DNA of 63,958 nucleotides, filler included, from Octopus bimaculoides (taxonomy: Eukaryota), in NCBI RefSeq assembly GCF_001194135.2. It is 11 parts of 10 records of this genome, joined end to end, with 100 filler letters (N's around TTAATTAATTAA, not from the genome) between each part and the next. Parts side by side here need not be neighbours in the genome. Positions count along the whole stretch, not along the records: positions 1 to 10,140 come from NC_068984.1; positions 10,241 to 30,256 come from NC_068999.1; 9 more parts are not named here. The stretch is one strand, 5' to 3'. Under the pieces are notes generated by a model, which was not told where the DNA came from, searched no databases, and worked only from the letters and a program-made list of their open reading frames with translations. Shown in pieces: positions 1 through 12,250 of this stretch. Positions within the stretch are counted from its first letter, which is position 1, and each line of letters opens with the position of its first letter. A program made the translations under genes and the position numbers.

Positions 1-32
<32 letters not shown>
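1..32. repeat. poly(A) tract at window start
   Basis: 32 consecutive A; upstream context is outside the window. Confidence 0.9.
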
Positions 33-34
<2 letters not shown>

Positions 35-660
35 AAAAATGTAACAACTAGACCCGGTTTCCCCTAATTATAATTTACATTTGAGGCGAGAAAAGGAAAA
101 AGACTAATATTAAGCCAACGTGGTCAAGGCAAGCAAGTGACAAACCTAAAGCGTTAATTAATGAAAATTAAATTACCCATGAATAAAGAATCATTAATCA
201 ACACATTGACTTATTCATTAACTTTTTCGTTTATTCAACCACCGAGTAACACTCTCCTCTCCTCCTCCTCCCTCACTCGTTCATTCATTTATTCCTCCAG
301 TTATTTATTCAACCATATTATACAACCATTTATCCATTAAAGGAAAAATAGATAATAAAAATAAAACACCTCTGATTGAATATTCATTCATAAGCCTTCT
401 CAAACTCCACCTCATTCATTCACTCTTTCATTACTCACTATATTCCTATATCATTCATATATCTACATCTAGACGTTTTGTGATCATTCATAGAAGACCA
501 CGCAATAAAGGCTGCTTGATTCATTACTGACTTAATGGATCTTTCAGATTTTATCACCTAAAAATGTAAATATAAATATAAATGAAAGAGAAAAACATAA
601 CACCAACACTAACAAGAACAACAGCTACAGTAAGAACATCCGGGAAAACAACAACGACTA

Positions 661-663
<3 letters not shown>

Positions 664-707
<44 letters not shown>

Positions 708-708
708 T
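664..708. repeat. (AAT)n microsatellite directly 5' of an R4/Dong fragment
   Basis: About 13 AAT units. Confidence 0.95.
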
Positions 709-1610
709 GATTAATGCGATACGATGCAGGTGTTGTTAGGTGGACAAAGAACGAGTTTGAGGAAATAGATAGAAAAACTGGAAAGTGATAACAATAAGCA
801 AGGAACTGTACCTTAAAAGCGATATCGATAGCCTGTATGCGCCTAGGAACAAGGGAAGAAAAGGCCTCATACGATGCAAGATCTGTGTTGTCAATGAGAA
901 GAACAAGATGAAGAACAAAGACTAAATATTTGGAAAACGAAAACAATGCATGTGCAATACCTCAGAGAAATCGAAACGAAAGACAAGACCAATGTCTGAA
1001 GATGGCTGAGGAAAAGTGATCTGGAAGGATGCACTGAGGCATTGATGTGAAGTGCCCAGGAACAAGCCCTGAGAACCAATTATACTAAGTTCCAAATAGA
1101 TTAGAGCAATAGATCTCCCCTTTGTAGGATGTGTGGTAGCAAAAACGAAATTGTCTCACATATTGTGAGTGAGGGTAGCAAACTAGCTCAAAGGATTACA
1201 AAATGAGGCATGATAACGAGGCTATGTTTGCTCACTGGAGATTGTGTGAGAAGTAAGGTCTTGGAAGAACATGGAAATGGTACGAACAGAAGGAGTCACT
1301 GAGAATAATGAATTTTACAATCCAGTGTGACTCACTAATTGATGCTTGGTGACCAAACATTGTTGTAGTGGATAAAAGGAAGAAGGAGACTAAGATTATA
1401 GATATTGCCATACCTGGGGACACACGCGTATATGACAAAGAACTGGAAAAGGCGGAAAAAATAACTTACTAAAGCAATTTGGGGATTAAGAGAGTAACTG
1501 TTATCCCAGTAGTTGTAGGGGCACTCGAAGCACTAACAGAGAAATTGGAATTGACATGAAGGTAGGACATGCCCAAAAATATGCTCTGTTGGGGACACAG
1601 ATCTGACAAG
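709..1610 (+). mobile_element. 5'-truncated R4/Dong-clade non-LTR retrotransposon (post-RT region, CCHC knuckle, restriction-like endonuclease), pseudogenised
   Basis: Manual translation across frameshifts and stops: YDAGVVRWTKNEFEEIDRKT..SDIDSLYAPRNKGRKGL; WLRKSDLEGCTEALM*SAQEQAL; CRMCGSKNEIVSHIVSE; MRHD; PNIVVVDKRKKETKIIDIAIPGD; VIPVVVGAL. These match R4/Dong C-terminal motifs. Confidence 0.9.
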
Positions 1611-1844
1611 AGGTACGTATCTCATTCTCAAGAAACGAAAAAGAAGACGCCCCAAACTGGTCTGACGAAAATCGAGGAAAGGCACGGCTCTATCCGACCG
1701 TTAAAAAATAGCTTCTTCTAAGCCCATTTCTGGGTGAGACTGATCCTAGATCCTACCGATATGGAGTTCTTGCCCCAGAGCCTTAACAGAACGGTCGGTT
1801 CCAGCGATCCTTGACTCTGACTGTCAGTGGACTTGCCTTTCCGC

Positions 1845-2330
1845 ATGGAATAATCCACAAACTAAAGCTAATATAATAAACTATGATTGTAGTTGTGTTG
1901 CATGGATGTGAGACGTGGACATACAAAAAAACAACAAAACAAAAACATAAAAACAACAAGAAACACTCAAGCAAATAAAACTGTTGTCATGAAATTGTCA
2001 ATGTTCAAAATGAGACATTTTCATAGAATTCTTGGTATTACAGGGAAGGATTGCCGAAACAAACAGTTAGTCAAGATCTACTTAATGTTTTGGTTGGGAA
2101 GAGAGAAAGTCTCACAGAAACAGTAAGGCGGATGAAAACGTAAAAACACTTACTAATACAATGATATTTAGAAAGATAAAAGGTAGGAAAAAGAAGAGGG
2201 CGGGCTAAGAAAGATTGCTTCATTGATATTGTGACGTGGGCCGTGATGAGAATATTGCTATGCTTAAAGAAAGTTCTGGAAGAAGGATGGAAAAGATTGG
2301 TAAAAAATTGCAGGTGTCTCAACTATAGAA
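1845..2330 (+). mobile_element. Decayed RTE-clade LINE, 3' part of ORF
   Basis: LHGCETWT..KLSMFKMRHFHRILGITGKD and KIKGRKRRGRAKK resemble the RTE motifs LLYGCETWT..FEMRCLRRILGI..GKRRRGRP. Confidence 0.7.
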
Positions 2331-2386
2331 ATTTTTGGAAAAGACTTGATTTGATGGGTACGTATGTTTGCGTGCATGAATATTTA

Positions 2387-2740
2387 CGTGTATGTATGTA
2401 TGTATGTATGTATGTATGTATGTATGTGTGTGTGTGTGTTGTGTGTATGTATGTATGTATGTATGTATGTATGTATGCATGTATGAATGTGTATATGTGT
2501 ATGCATGTTAGTGAGTATGTATGTATAAATGTTTGTATGAATGTATGTATGTATGTATGTATGTGTGTGTGTGTATGTATGTATGTATGTATGTATGTAT
2601 GCATGCATGTATGTATGTATGTATGTATGTGTGTGTATATGTGTATGCATGCTAGTGAGTATGTATGTATGTATGTATGTATGTATGTATGAATGAATGA
2701 ATGTATGTATGTATGTATGTATGTATGTATGTATGTATGC

Positions 2741-2786
<46 letters not shown>
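2387..2786. repeat. Compound (GTAT)n/(GT)n/(GAAT)n/(CTAT)n microsatellite
   Basis: Direct reading. Confidence 0.95.
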
Positions 2787-3333
2787 GCAAATGTTAAATT
2801 GAAGTTATTTTAAAGACTAGAAAATTTACTGTGGCGGATGACCCAAAAGACTGGTCATATAAACCGTTAAGCAAAATTTGAAGACTTGAAGACCTGGATT
2901 CGTAATTTTAATGTTATACAACTCTTTAAGTACCAATTGAGGGCAATGCAATTGGCAGAATTTCTTGCACCAGATATGCTTTGCGTTGTCTATTCCGACT
3001 CTTAGCGTTCGGGCGGCGATGCCTGAAACAATAATGGTGCTAAACTCTAACGGCCTTTGTCTTTTCTTTGGAAAACATTGGGTAGAGTTGCGTGCATGAG
3101 CAACTTTTGGTTACCCACTGGACCCTTGCTTAGGGTTGCGTCTTAATACGGCTGCAGGTGCATGGTCAACCCTGGTTGATGGAAGATTCACGTATGATGA
3201 TATACGTTTATATGTAATGTATTTACGTATGTGTCCATGCAGGTATTACGCGCATTCACATATGCGTGTGAGTATGGTGTATATATTTGTTCAGGTTCAG
3301 ACATAACAAGTGTGGTCACGTATGAAGGAGAGT

Positions 3334-3432
3334 ATGTGTGTGCGTGTGAGTGTGTGCGTGTGAGTGTGTGCGTGTGAGTGTGTGCGTGTGAGTGTGTGCG
3401 TGTGAGTGTGTGCGTGTGAGTGTGTGCGTGTG
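3334..3432. repeat. 14-bp minisatellite (GTGTGTGCGTGTGA)n running into a gap
   Basis: About 7 copies. Confidence 0.9.
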
Positions 3433-3996
3433 NNNNNNNNNNNNNNNNNNNNNNNNNNNNNNNNNNNNNNNNNNNNNNNNNNNNNNNNNNNNNNNNNNNN
3501 NNNNNNNNNNNNNNNNNNNNNNNNNNNNNNNNNNNNNNNNNNNNNNNNNNNNNNNNNNNNNNNNNNNNNNNNNNNNNNNNNNNNNNNNNNNNNNNNNNNN
3601 NNNNNNNNNNNNNNNNNNNNNNNNNNNNNNNNNNNNNNNNNNNNNNNNNNNNNNNNNNNNNNNNNNNNNNNNNNNNNNNNNNNNNNNNNNNNNNNNNNNN
3701 NNNNNNNNNNNNNNNNNNNNNNNNNNNNNNNNNNNNNNNNNNNNNNNNNNNNNNNNNNNNNNNNNNNNNNNNNNNNNNNNNNNNNNNNNNNNNNNNNNNN
3801 NNNNNNNNNNNNNNNNNNNNNNNNNNNNNNNNNNNNNNNNNNNNNNNNNNNNNNNNNNNNNNNNNNNNNNNNNNNNNNNNNNNNNNNNNNNNNNNNNNNN
3901 NNNNNNNNNNNNNNNNNNNNNNNNNNNNNNNNNNNNNNNNNNNNNNNNNNNNNNNNNNNNNNNNNNNNNNNNNNNNNNNNNNNNNNNNNNNNNNNA

Positions 3997-4061
3997 TAGC
4001 CTCGGGCCGACCAAAGCCTTGTCAGTGGATTTGGTAGACGGAAACTGAAAGAAGCCCGTCG

Positions 4062-4092
<31 letters not shown>

Positions 4093-4312
4093 ATATGTTG
4101 TGTATCGGTGTTTGTCCCCATCAACATCGCTTGACAACCGATGCTGGTGTGCTTAGGTCCCCGTAACTTAGCGGTTCGGCAAAAAGTGACCGATAGAATA
4201 AGTACTAGGCTTACAAAAGAATAAGTCCTGGGGTCGATTTGATTCGACTAAAGGCGGTGCTCCAGCATGGCCGCAGTCAAATGACTGAAACAAGTAAAAG
4301 AGTAAAAGAGTA
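3997..4312 (+). mobile_element. tRNA-derived SINE family 1 (octopus OK/OR-like), head lost in gap
   Basis: Colinear with the full copy at 32268-32679; ends in the AAAAGAGT tail repeat. Confidence 0.9.
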
Positions 4313-4349
4313 TATACATGTATTTATGCATGTATGAGTGTTTTATGTA

Positions 4350-5510
<1,161 letters not shown>

Positions 5511-5939
5511 AAAATGAGGCTGTTGTGAATTTACGTCACACTAGTTCACTGGAGATTCATATAGTCTTTTTATTAAACATTTGACTTGATTTCAGCGCTT
5601 CGCAATAACCTTGCTATTAATAGGACGCCAGTAAGGTGGAGAATTTGAATTCGGAACGTAAAGAGCCGGGGCATATTCTACAGGGCCTCTCGATCAACAC
5701 CTGAACCATACTGCCAAACCATTTCTCCAAATTTGTATTTTATTTACGTATCTTTATTTATCGACTCCTCAAAAGATGATAGGCTAAATTGACGTAAGAA
5801 GGATCTGAACTCAGAAATTTAGAAAACCAGACAAAACAAAAATTAAAAAAAGAAAACAACTAATACAACCCCTTGACAAAAAATAGGAAGTCATGTTTAT
5901 CGTCACTTCAATATGGCTGTTCGGTAGTCTTGTGACGTT

Positions 5940-6492
5940 ACTACCGCTTCTAACCCCAGAAAGGATGAAAGGCAAAGTCGAACCCGGCGGCATTTGAACT
6001 CAGAACATAAAGACAGACGAAATACCACTAAGCATTTCGCCCGGTTTAGTCTTTTACTCTTTTACTTGTTTCAGTCATTTGACTGCGGCCATGCTGGAGC
6101 ATCGCCTTTAGTCGAGCAAATCGACCCCAGGACTTATTCTTTGGAAGCCTAGTATTTATTCTATCGGTCTCCTTTGCCGAACCGCTAAGTTACGGGGACG
6201 TAAACACACCAGCATCGGTTGTCAAGCGATGCTGGAGGGGACAAACACAGGCACACAAACGCATGCACACACACACACACACATATATACATATACATAT
6301 TATACAACGGGCTTCTTTCAGTTTCTGTCTACCAAATCCACTCACAAGGCTTTGGTCGGCCCGAGGCTATAGTAGAAGACACTTGCCCAAAGTGCCACGC
6401 AGTGGGAATGAACCCGGAACCATGTGGTTGGTAAGCAAGCTACTTACCACACAGCCACTCTTTGCTAACGACTCTGTCAGCTCGCCGCCTTA
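5940..6492 (-). mobile_element. SINE family 2 head (GGCGGCGAGCTG...GAGTTCAAAT), split by a family 1 SINE
   Basis: 5940-6045 continues at 6462-6492; B-box-like GAGTTCAAATGCC on the minus strand; homologous to 36400-36582 and 42765-43140. Confidence 0.75.
6050..6460 (-). mobile_element. SINE family 1, near full length
   Basis: A box (TGGCTGTGTGG) and B box (GGTTCATTCCC) on the minus strand, central microsatellite, AAAAGAGT tail. Confidence 0.92.
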
Positions 6493-7147
6493 AAAACATC
6501 TAACATAATAGCCAACAACACACTCACATTACTATTACTAGTACTCACCAATGTTTATAATTCATTCATGGTGACTCCTCATGTTAGCCCTCAGGTCACC
6601 ACAGATAATATAGATCTAGCTGAGAGATCACAATGTGGACAATGGTACATTGCGGGAAGACTGTTGTTCTGTTGGTTTATTTTCCTATCTTTCCTTAACT
6701 GCTCTTGATGAAGTTCTCTAATATGGTACTTAACATTTAAAAAAAATTACTACGGAATATTGGTTTCATCTGATTATATATAAAGTAAATATTTGTGTAT
6801 ATTAAAGAAGGTTATAGCCGCTTGTACTAAATCCAGAGTAAAACTGTTTTATATTTTACTGACCCCCACACACATATATGTTTAAGTTGACTTCTGCGGA
6901 TTCTGAAATCGACAACGAGCAGTTCAAGTGAAATATGAAAAAAAATGGTCTTGTTTAGTGCTCTACCATTTTGTTCATACTGCGTAACACTGCCGGAAGT
7001 ACCTTTTTCGGACGGAGTTTACTTTATTGCAAGAGTTTGGATCATGTATTCAGTTTCTTCTTTTCTTTCTTGTACTTTTTGTTTTTGGAGTTATTACAAG
7101 ATAAGCGCTTCCTCCTCTCTAAGTTATGGTTCTTTTCTTTTTATCTT

Positions 7148-7488
7148 TTACTTGTTTTAGTCATTGGCCATGCTGGGACACAGCATGAAAGTTTTAGTCG
7201 TACTTATTTTAAAGTCTGGTACTTATTCTACTGGTCTCTTTTGCCGAATCTCTGAGATACGGACACGTAAAAAACCAACACCATTTGTCAAGCAGTAGAT
7301 ACACACACACACACACACACGACCGACCTGTCCACACAGTTTTCGGCTACCAAATTCACTAACAAGGTATTGGTCAACTCAAGGCTAGAGTAGGAAATAT
7401 TTGCCCAAGGTGTTGTGCTGTGGGACTGAACCCGAATCCATGTGGTTTTGAAGGGAACTTTTGAATCACACAGCCATATCTGCACCTT
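7148..7488 (-). mobile_element. Old, diverged SINE family 1 copy
   Basis: Same module order as 6050-6460 with many substitutions. Confidence 0.8.
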
Positions 7489-8057
7489 TCACAATAAAAC
7501 AAACAAACAAGAAATTATGGAGGTATACTGAGGGTAGGGAAAACGAGGTTACAATATTCGTTTATATTAACTACATGAATCTTACTCAAATGAATCATCT
7601 CCACACCCTATAAAGCTTACAGTCATTTCTTTGCTTATAATTATAGACATTCCAAATGGAATCATAGTATAAGTGAAAAGAAACTAATTATTTCTACAGA
7701 CTGCAAGTTACAATTTCTTTAGTTGTTTACTTAATGTTATATCAAAAATATATCTCGTCTGATTAAGCACAAATGAAAGTTTTACAACAAAGCGATCGGA
7801 TCCGAGCAGGCTTTACCTGTCAAATTACAAAATGGTTTAACTGTGACATTAACTTGGCTCCATTGTATCATTATATTTGGAAGTAAATTGAGCAGAACAT
7901 GAAATCGCTTCTCTCCGAATGTTTTTCCTTCGTGTCGCTCAATGGCGTTGACAACTAAAAGATAGGCTTCACTGGTTGTTCACTGTCTGACAACTGGCAA
8001 CGCCTTGATGCTTGTATCTTCTTACACACAGTAGTAACATTTAAACAAGTTTATTGC

Positions 8058-8435
8058 TGGAGGCGAGTGCGTTAGTGGTTAGCGTGTTGTGTTCTTGGGC
8101 AAAACAATTTATTTCGAGGTAATGCAATCAGCTCAGCTCAGCTCTGCGACGGAATGGCAACCCGTTCATGGGGATGTGATCTCGATCCCTCATATGCCAT
8201 AGAAACTGGGCAACCAGCCTTTACGAGTCTTAGGGCTCGAGATAGTTATGTCCAGGGGTTGATGGTGACTGCCAGAGAGTCTGAAACTCGGCGCAGATTG
8301 AATGTGTGGCTAAGAGGTTTGCTTCACAAACTCGTGAACTCAAGTTCGATTCAATTGCACGCTAACTTGGGCAATTGTCTTCTATCATATTCTACTTTAT
8401 CTTTATCTTCGTGAATGAATTTGGTAGATTCAGAT
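8058..8435 (+). mobile_element. Two decayed tRNA-SINE heads
   Basis: A-box-like TTAGTGGTTAGC at ~8071; family 1-like head with AGTTCGATTC and TTGGGCAATTGTCTTCT at 8303-8435. Confidence 0.5.
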
Positions 8436-8902
8436 TGTGCTTGTTCTCGAATTCATCTACTCTATTGAAGGCAGATCATTATTCTGGTTTATTTTGACTA
8501 AATGAGAGAAATGCAAAGTTTATGAGCTCATACATTTTTCATAGAACTTTTCGTGTTATTTATGAAATGAAATAGCTTCAATCAAAAAGTAAACTCATAA
8601 TAATATACTAAGTTAATCTGTGGATAAACTCATAAACATCTTAACAAAAATACGAAATCAACGGCAATGCATTCTTCTCTCGCTACCATAATGATATCAT
8701 ACATTATATATATATCATATATACTGTTTCAGATTCTCTTTGTCTTTTCTTTTATGCTTTTTATCCTCAAGTTTCAGCCTTGGACATCCTGCCATTTTGT
8801 ATATTCTACATTATCCAATATAACTTTTAATTTTAAGATCGTTGTGTACAAATTGAGGGGAGTTTGGTTGCTATTTTTTGTAGGGTGAGTGACAGTATAG
8901 GG

Positions 8903-8990
8903 CAGTGGTTTACGACAGGGTCAAAATGGCTCCTAAGGGTCCATATAAGATTTTTTGTTGAAATTTATGTGCAATAAATTGCTTCAATAC
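8903..8990 (+). mobile_element. hAT-like MITE left end (CAGTGGTT...)
   Basis: Resembles the start of the element at 32078; no right TIR found. Confidence 0.35.
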
Positions 8991-9053
8991 ACCCGGTATC
9001 TTAAGAGTTTTTTAATGCAATTCCTAATAATATTTAATTATGAAAAATATAAT

Positions 9054-9250
9054 ACTCTTTTACTCTTTTACTTGTTTCAGTCATTTGACTGCGGCCATGC
9101 TGGAGCACTGCCTTTAGTCGAGCAAATCGACCCCAGAGCTTATTCTTTGGAAGCCTAGTACTTATTCTATCCGTCTCTTTTGCCGAGCCACTAACTTACA
9201 GGGACGTAAACACACCAGCATCGGTTGTCAAGCGGGGCGGGGGACAAACA

Positions 9251-9281
<31 letters not shown>

Positions 9282-9585
9282 NNNNNNNNNNNNNNNNNNN
9301 NNNNNNNNNNNNNNNNNNNNNNNNNNNNNNNNNNNNNNNNNNNNNNNNNNNNNNNNNNNNNNNNNNNNNNNNNNNNNNNNNNNNNNNNNNNNNNNNNNNN
9401 NNNNNNNNNNNNNNNNNNNNNNNNNNNNNNNNNNNNNNNNNNNNNNNNNNNNNNNNNNNNNNNNNNNNNNNNNNNNNNNNNNNNNNATAGTAGAAGACAC
9501 TTGCCCAAGGTACCACACAGTGGAAGTAAACTCGGAACCATGTGGTTAGTAAGCAAGCTTCTTACCACACAGCCACTCCTGCGCC
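9054..9585 (-). mobile_element. SINE family 1, full length across a gap, with 6-bp TSD
   Basis: TATAAT at 9048-9053 and 9586-9591; both SINE termini present. Confidence 0.92.
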
Positions 9586-9648
9586 TATAATGGGAATTTT
9601 TTAAACATCGAATGGCTACGATGGTTCACGCACGCACGCGCGCGCGCA

Positions 9649-9697
<49 letters not shown>

Positions 9698-9702
<5 letters not shown>

Positions 9703-10140
9703 TCTGATCAATATGTATCAGGACTGTTGCCATTTTAACGAAGCTAAGGCACGCAGTGTAAAGCCGCTCGGCACAAATTGACCTTGAACTCTGCCGTGCA
9801 TGTGCACTAAGTTTTAACTTACTAGCTCACTTCCGCTGTTTACAGCAGCGCTTCGAAGTAACGCGTGTAACGTGTGATCATAGCATTGACCAAGACAGAG
9901 CCAGATGAGCAAAGAATCGGCATCAAATATTGCCAAAAGTTTACCGATACTTGCTCAGAGGCCTACGCAAAGTTTTCAAAGAGTTTTCAGTGTTCTTGAC
10001 ACAATCAAGGAAATTTTGTGCAACTGAAACCCGAGTGTCTTTTTGGTCAGCGGAAAGCAGTTTTGGCACAAACTTGACAGATACGACCATAAAAGGTTTA
10101 GCTTTATGGCGTATTGTCAGATCCCCAAAACTTGTTAGGC
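9698..10140 (+). mobile_element. mariner fragment with an internal inversion
   Basis: TIR-like CGAGGTCTGATCAATATGTATCAGGACT; plus strand EQRIGIKYCQKF..EAYAK; minus strand 9968-10090 VKFVPKLLSADQKDTRVSVAQNFLDCVKNTENSLKTL (WVPHEL-equivalent region). Confidence 0.85.
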
Positions 10141-10184
10141 NNNNNNNNNNNNNNNNNNNNNNNNNNNNNNNNNNNNNNNNNNNN

Positions 10185-10196
10185 TTAATTAATTAA
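10185..10196. other. Artificial scaffold-joining spacer TTAATTAATTAA in 44 N each side (also 30301, 34919, 42129, 45624, 49478, 54325, 56716, 59122, 61089)
   Basis: Ten identical 100-bp blocks; the 12-mer has stops in all six frames. Confidence 0.97.
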
Positions 10197-10240
10197 NNNN
10201 NNNNNNNNNNNNNNNNNNNNNNNNNNNNNNNNNNNNNNNN

Positions 10241-10715
10241 CAGATCTAAAACGACCAGCCTACCTTCTGGATCAGAAAAAAATCAACTTTTTCTCTGAAA
10301 ATTGGTTTCTTTTTAGTAGGACCAACACCCCACCCCCGCCACTCGGCAGGCCTGGAGAAGCGAACCTCTCATAGCCGCTCAAGAGCGGGAGTAGATCTCT
10401 TGGCCCTTTTAACCGAATTTCAGTAGCAACAATGACATCTAAACCTTGTGCCCTGGCATCATTTAGGAAACGTTCTTGTTTCCAGCTCGACGCCAGGCCA
10501 CGTACATTTATGCATCCTACGTGAACAGCCATTAAAGTGACTTACTTATTCGATGTCTGGAGGCGGAGGGTTATCCACCTCCTTTTCTTTTTCTCGGGCT
10601 CGCGTTGTCGGAGTGATGAGACCCTCATATAGACTATCGGTAATGTCCAATCTGGGAGGGCCTACATCCTTGCGAAAATCGTTAGCTAAAACGTTGTAGT
10701 TTTTCCTATTAGCCT
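10241..10715 (-). mobile_element. Tx1/L1-group LINE fragment spanning the ORF1 end and ORF2 AP-endonuclease start
   Basis: MAVHVGCINVRGL..DVIVATE..SGGGGVLVLL..DPEGRLVVLD; upstream frame stops at 10546, 13 nt before the ORF2 ATG (10532). Confidence 0.9.
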
Positions 10716-10739
10716 TAAAGATATATATTATTATATATA

Positions 10740-12046
10740 CAGGGGTTGGACAAAATAATGGAAACACCTTAAAATTTCAAACAAATTTATTTTAATATGG
10801 GGTAGGACTACCTTTGGCAGTAATTACAGCTTGAATTCTATCTGGTATGAACTCGTACATAGTTTGAATTGTTTCCAAAGGAATTTTTGTCCATTCTTTA
10901 GCTAAAACAATCTCCAGTTCTTGTAGTGATGATGGTGGAGAATATCGACTCCTTATCTACTTTCCTAAAATGCACCATAAAAGTTCAATAATATTGGGAT
11001 CTGGGGACTGCGGTGGCCAGATAAGATGTTCAACTTCACTAGAATGTTCCTTGTGCCATTCAGTAACAACTTTAGCTGTGTGAATTGGTGCAATATCATC
11101 CTGAAAGATTGTGTTTCCCTCCAAAAGCAGTTCTGCAATCATAAGATGGATTTGATCAGATAAAATGCTTAAATAGTCTTGACTATTAATTCTGTCACAA
11201 AGGGAAACCATTGGGCCAGTGGATTTCCAAGATATAGCCCCCCCCCCCTCAGATCATCACAGATCCTCCTCCATGTTGGAAGAAGGCAGTCTGGGTCAAA
11301 TACTTCATTTGACGTATACTCGGCCAGTAGTCAGACGTATACTTGGCCAGTGGTCAGAAATAAGGTAAAGGATGACTCTTCTGAGAAAATAACATTCTTC
11401 CACTGCTCTACGGCCCAATTCTGTAGGTTTCTCCTCCACTGTAAACGCTTTACAATTTTTATTTTTGAAAGTAGTGGTTTTCTGATTGCAACCCTCCTAT
11501 GAAATCCGGCTTTGTGCAGCAACCGGTGAAAAGTTTTTGTGGAAACTGGGTTCTTGAGGTGGTCATTGAGCTCTGCAGTAATTTTGGGAGCTGTACCTTT
11601 GTGATCTTTTCTAACTATTCGCGTAAGAGTTGAAAAGTCCCTATCTGAAACTTTTGGTTTTCTTCTGGAGTTTTGTTTCAAAGAGGAGGTTTTTCCCTCT
11701 TTCTCAAAGGCTGTCATTACTTTCGAAACAGTACTTCTTGATACACTAAACATCTTGGCTGTTTTCGTTAAGCTAGCACCTGCCATACAAGCATGGGCAA
11801 TTTGACCTCTTTCAAAGTCCATTAGATCTGTCATTTTAATGAATTTTAATTACCTTTTTCTGATGATATGTGAAAAGAAGCAGCAATTTTAGCAAAACAT
11901 ATTAAGCAGCACTAATAATAAATAAAAAAAAACATAAGAAAACTCTTACGCGAAGTGTTTGGAAAAACAAAATTAAACAAGCTTTTGATGGTTCTATAGA
12001 TATTTAAAAATTATGATGCTATAATGCTAGGTGTTTCCATTATTTT
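10740..12046 (-). mobile_element. Tc1-family (DD34E) DNA transposon, inactivated
   Basis: TA then CAGGGGTTGGACAAAATAATGGAAACACCT; 18-nt inverted match at 12029-12046; transposase 11834 to ~10957 with WKNVIFSEES, FQDDIAPIH, WPPQSPDPNIIE. Confidence 0.93.
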
Positions 12047-12154
12047 ATTATATATATAGTATATATATATAGTATATATATATTATTATATATATATTAT
12101 CATATATCAAAAATTTAAATGAGAGTTTTGATGCTAATATCCATTATTATTGAA

Positions 12155-12250
12155 GTTTATTTCCTATGTCAACATTTCTGTATAAGGTTATATTTAACTG
12201 TCAATTCAATTTAAATAAATAAATAACCTTACACATCCTCAGGGTAAAAG
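12155..12250 (-). ncRNA. Type I hammerhead ribozyme motif in the PLE 3' terminal repeat
   Basis: CUGAGGA (12242-12236), 13-bp stem II, GAAA (12178-12175), stem III AUG-UUGA-CAU, AUA cleavage triplet ending at 12165, short stem I. Confidence 0.78.

Noticed and set aside
554-946. 130-aa hydrophobic ORF with poly-Leu
   Set aside because: Antisense to the R4/Dong fragment and the (AAT)n tract.
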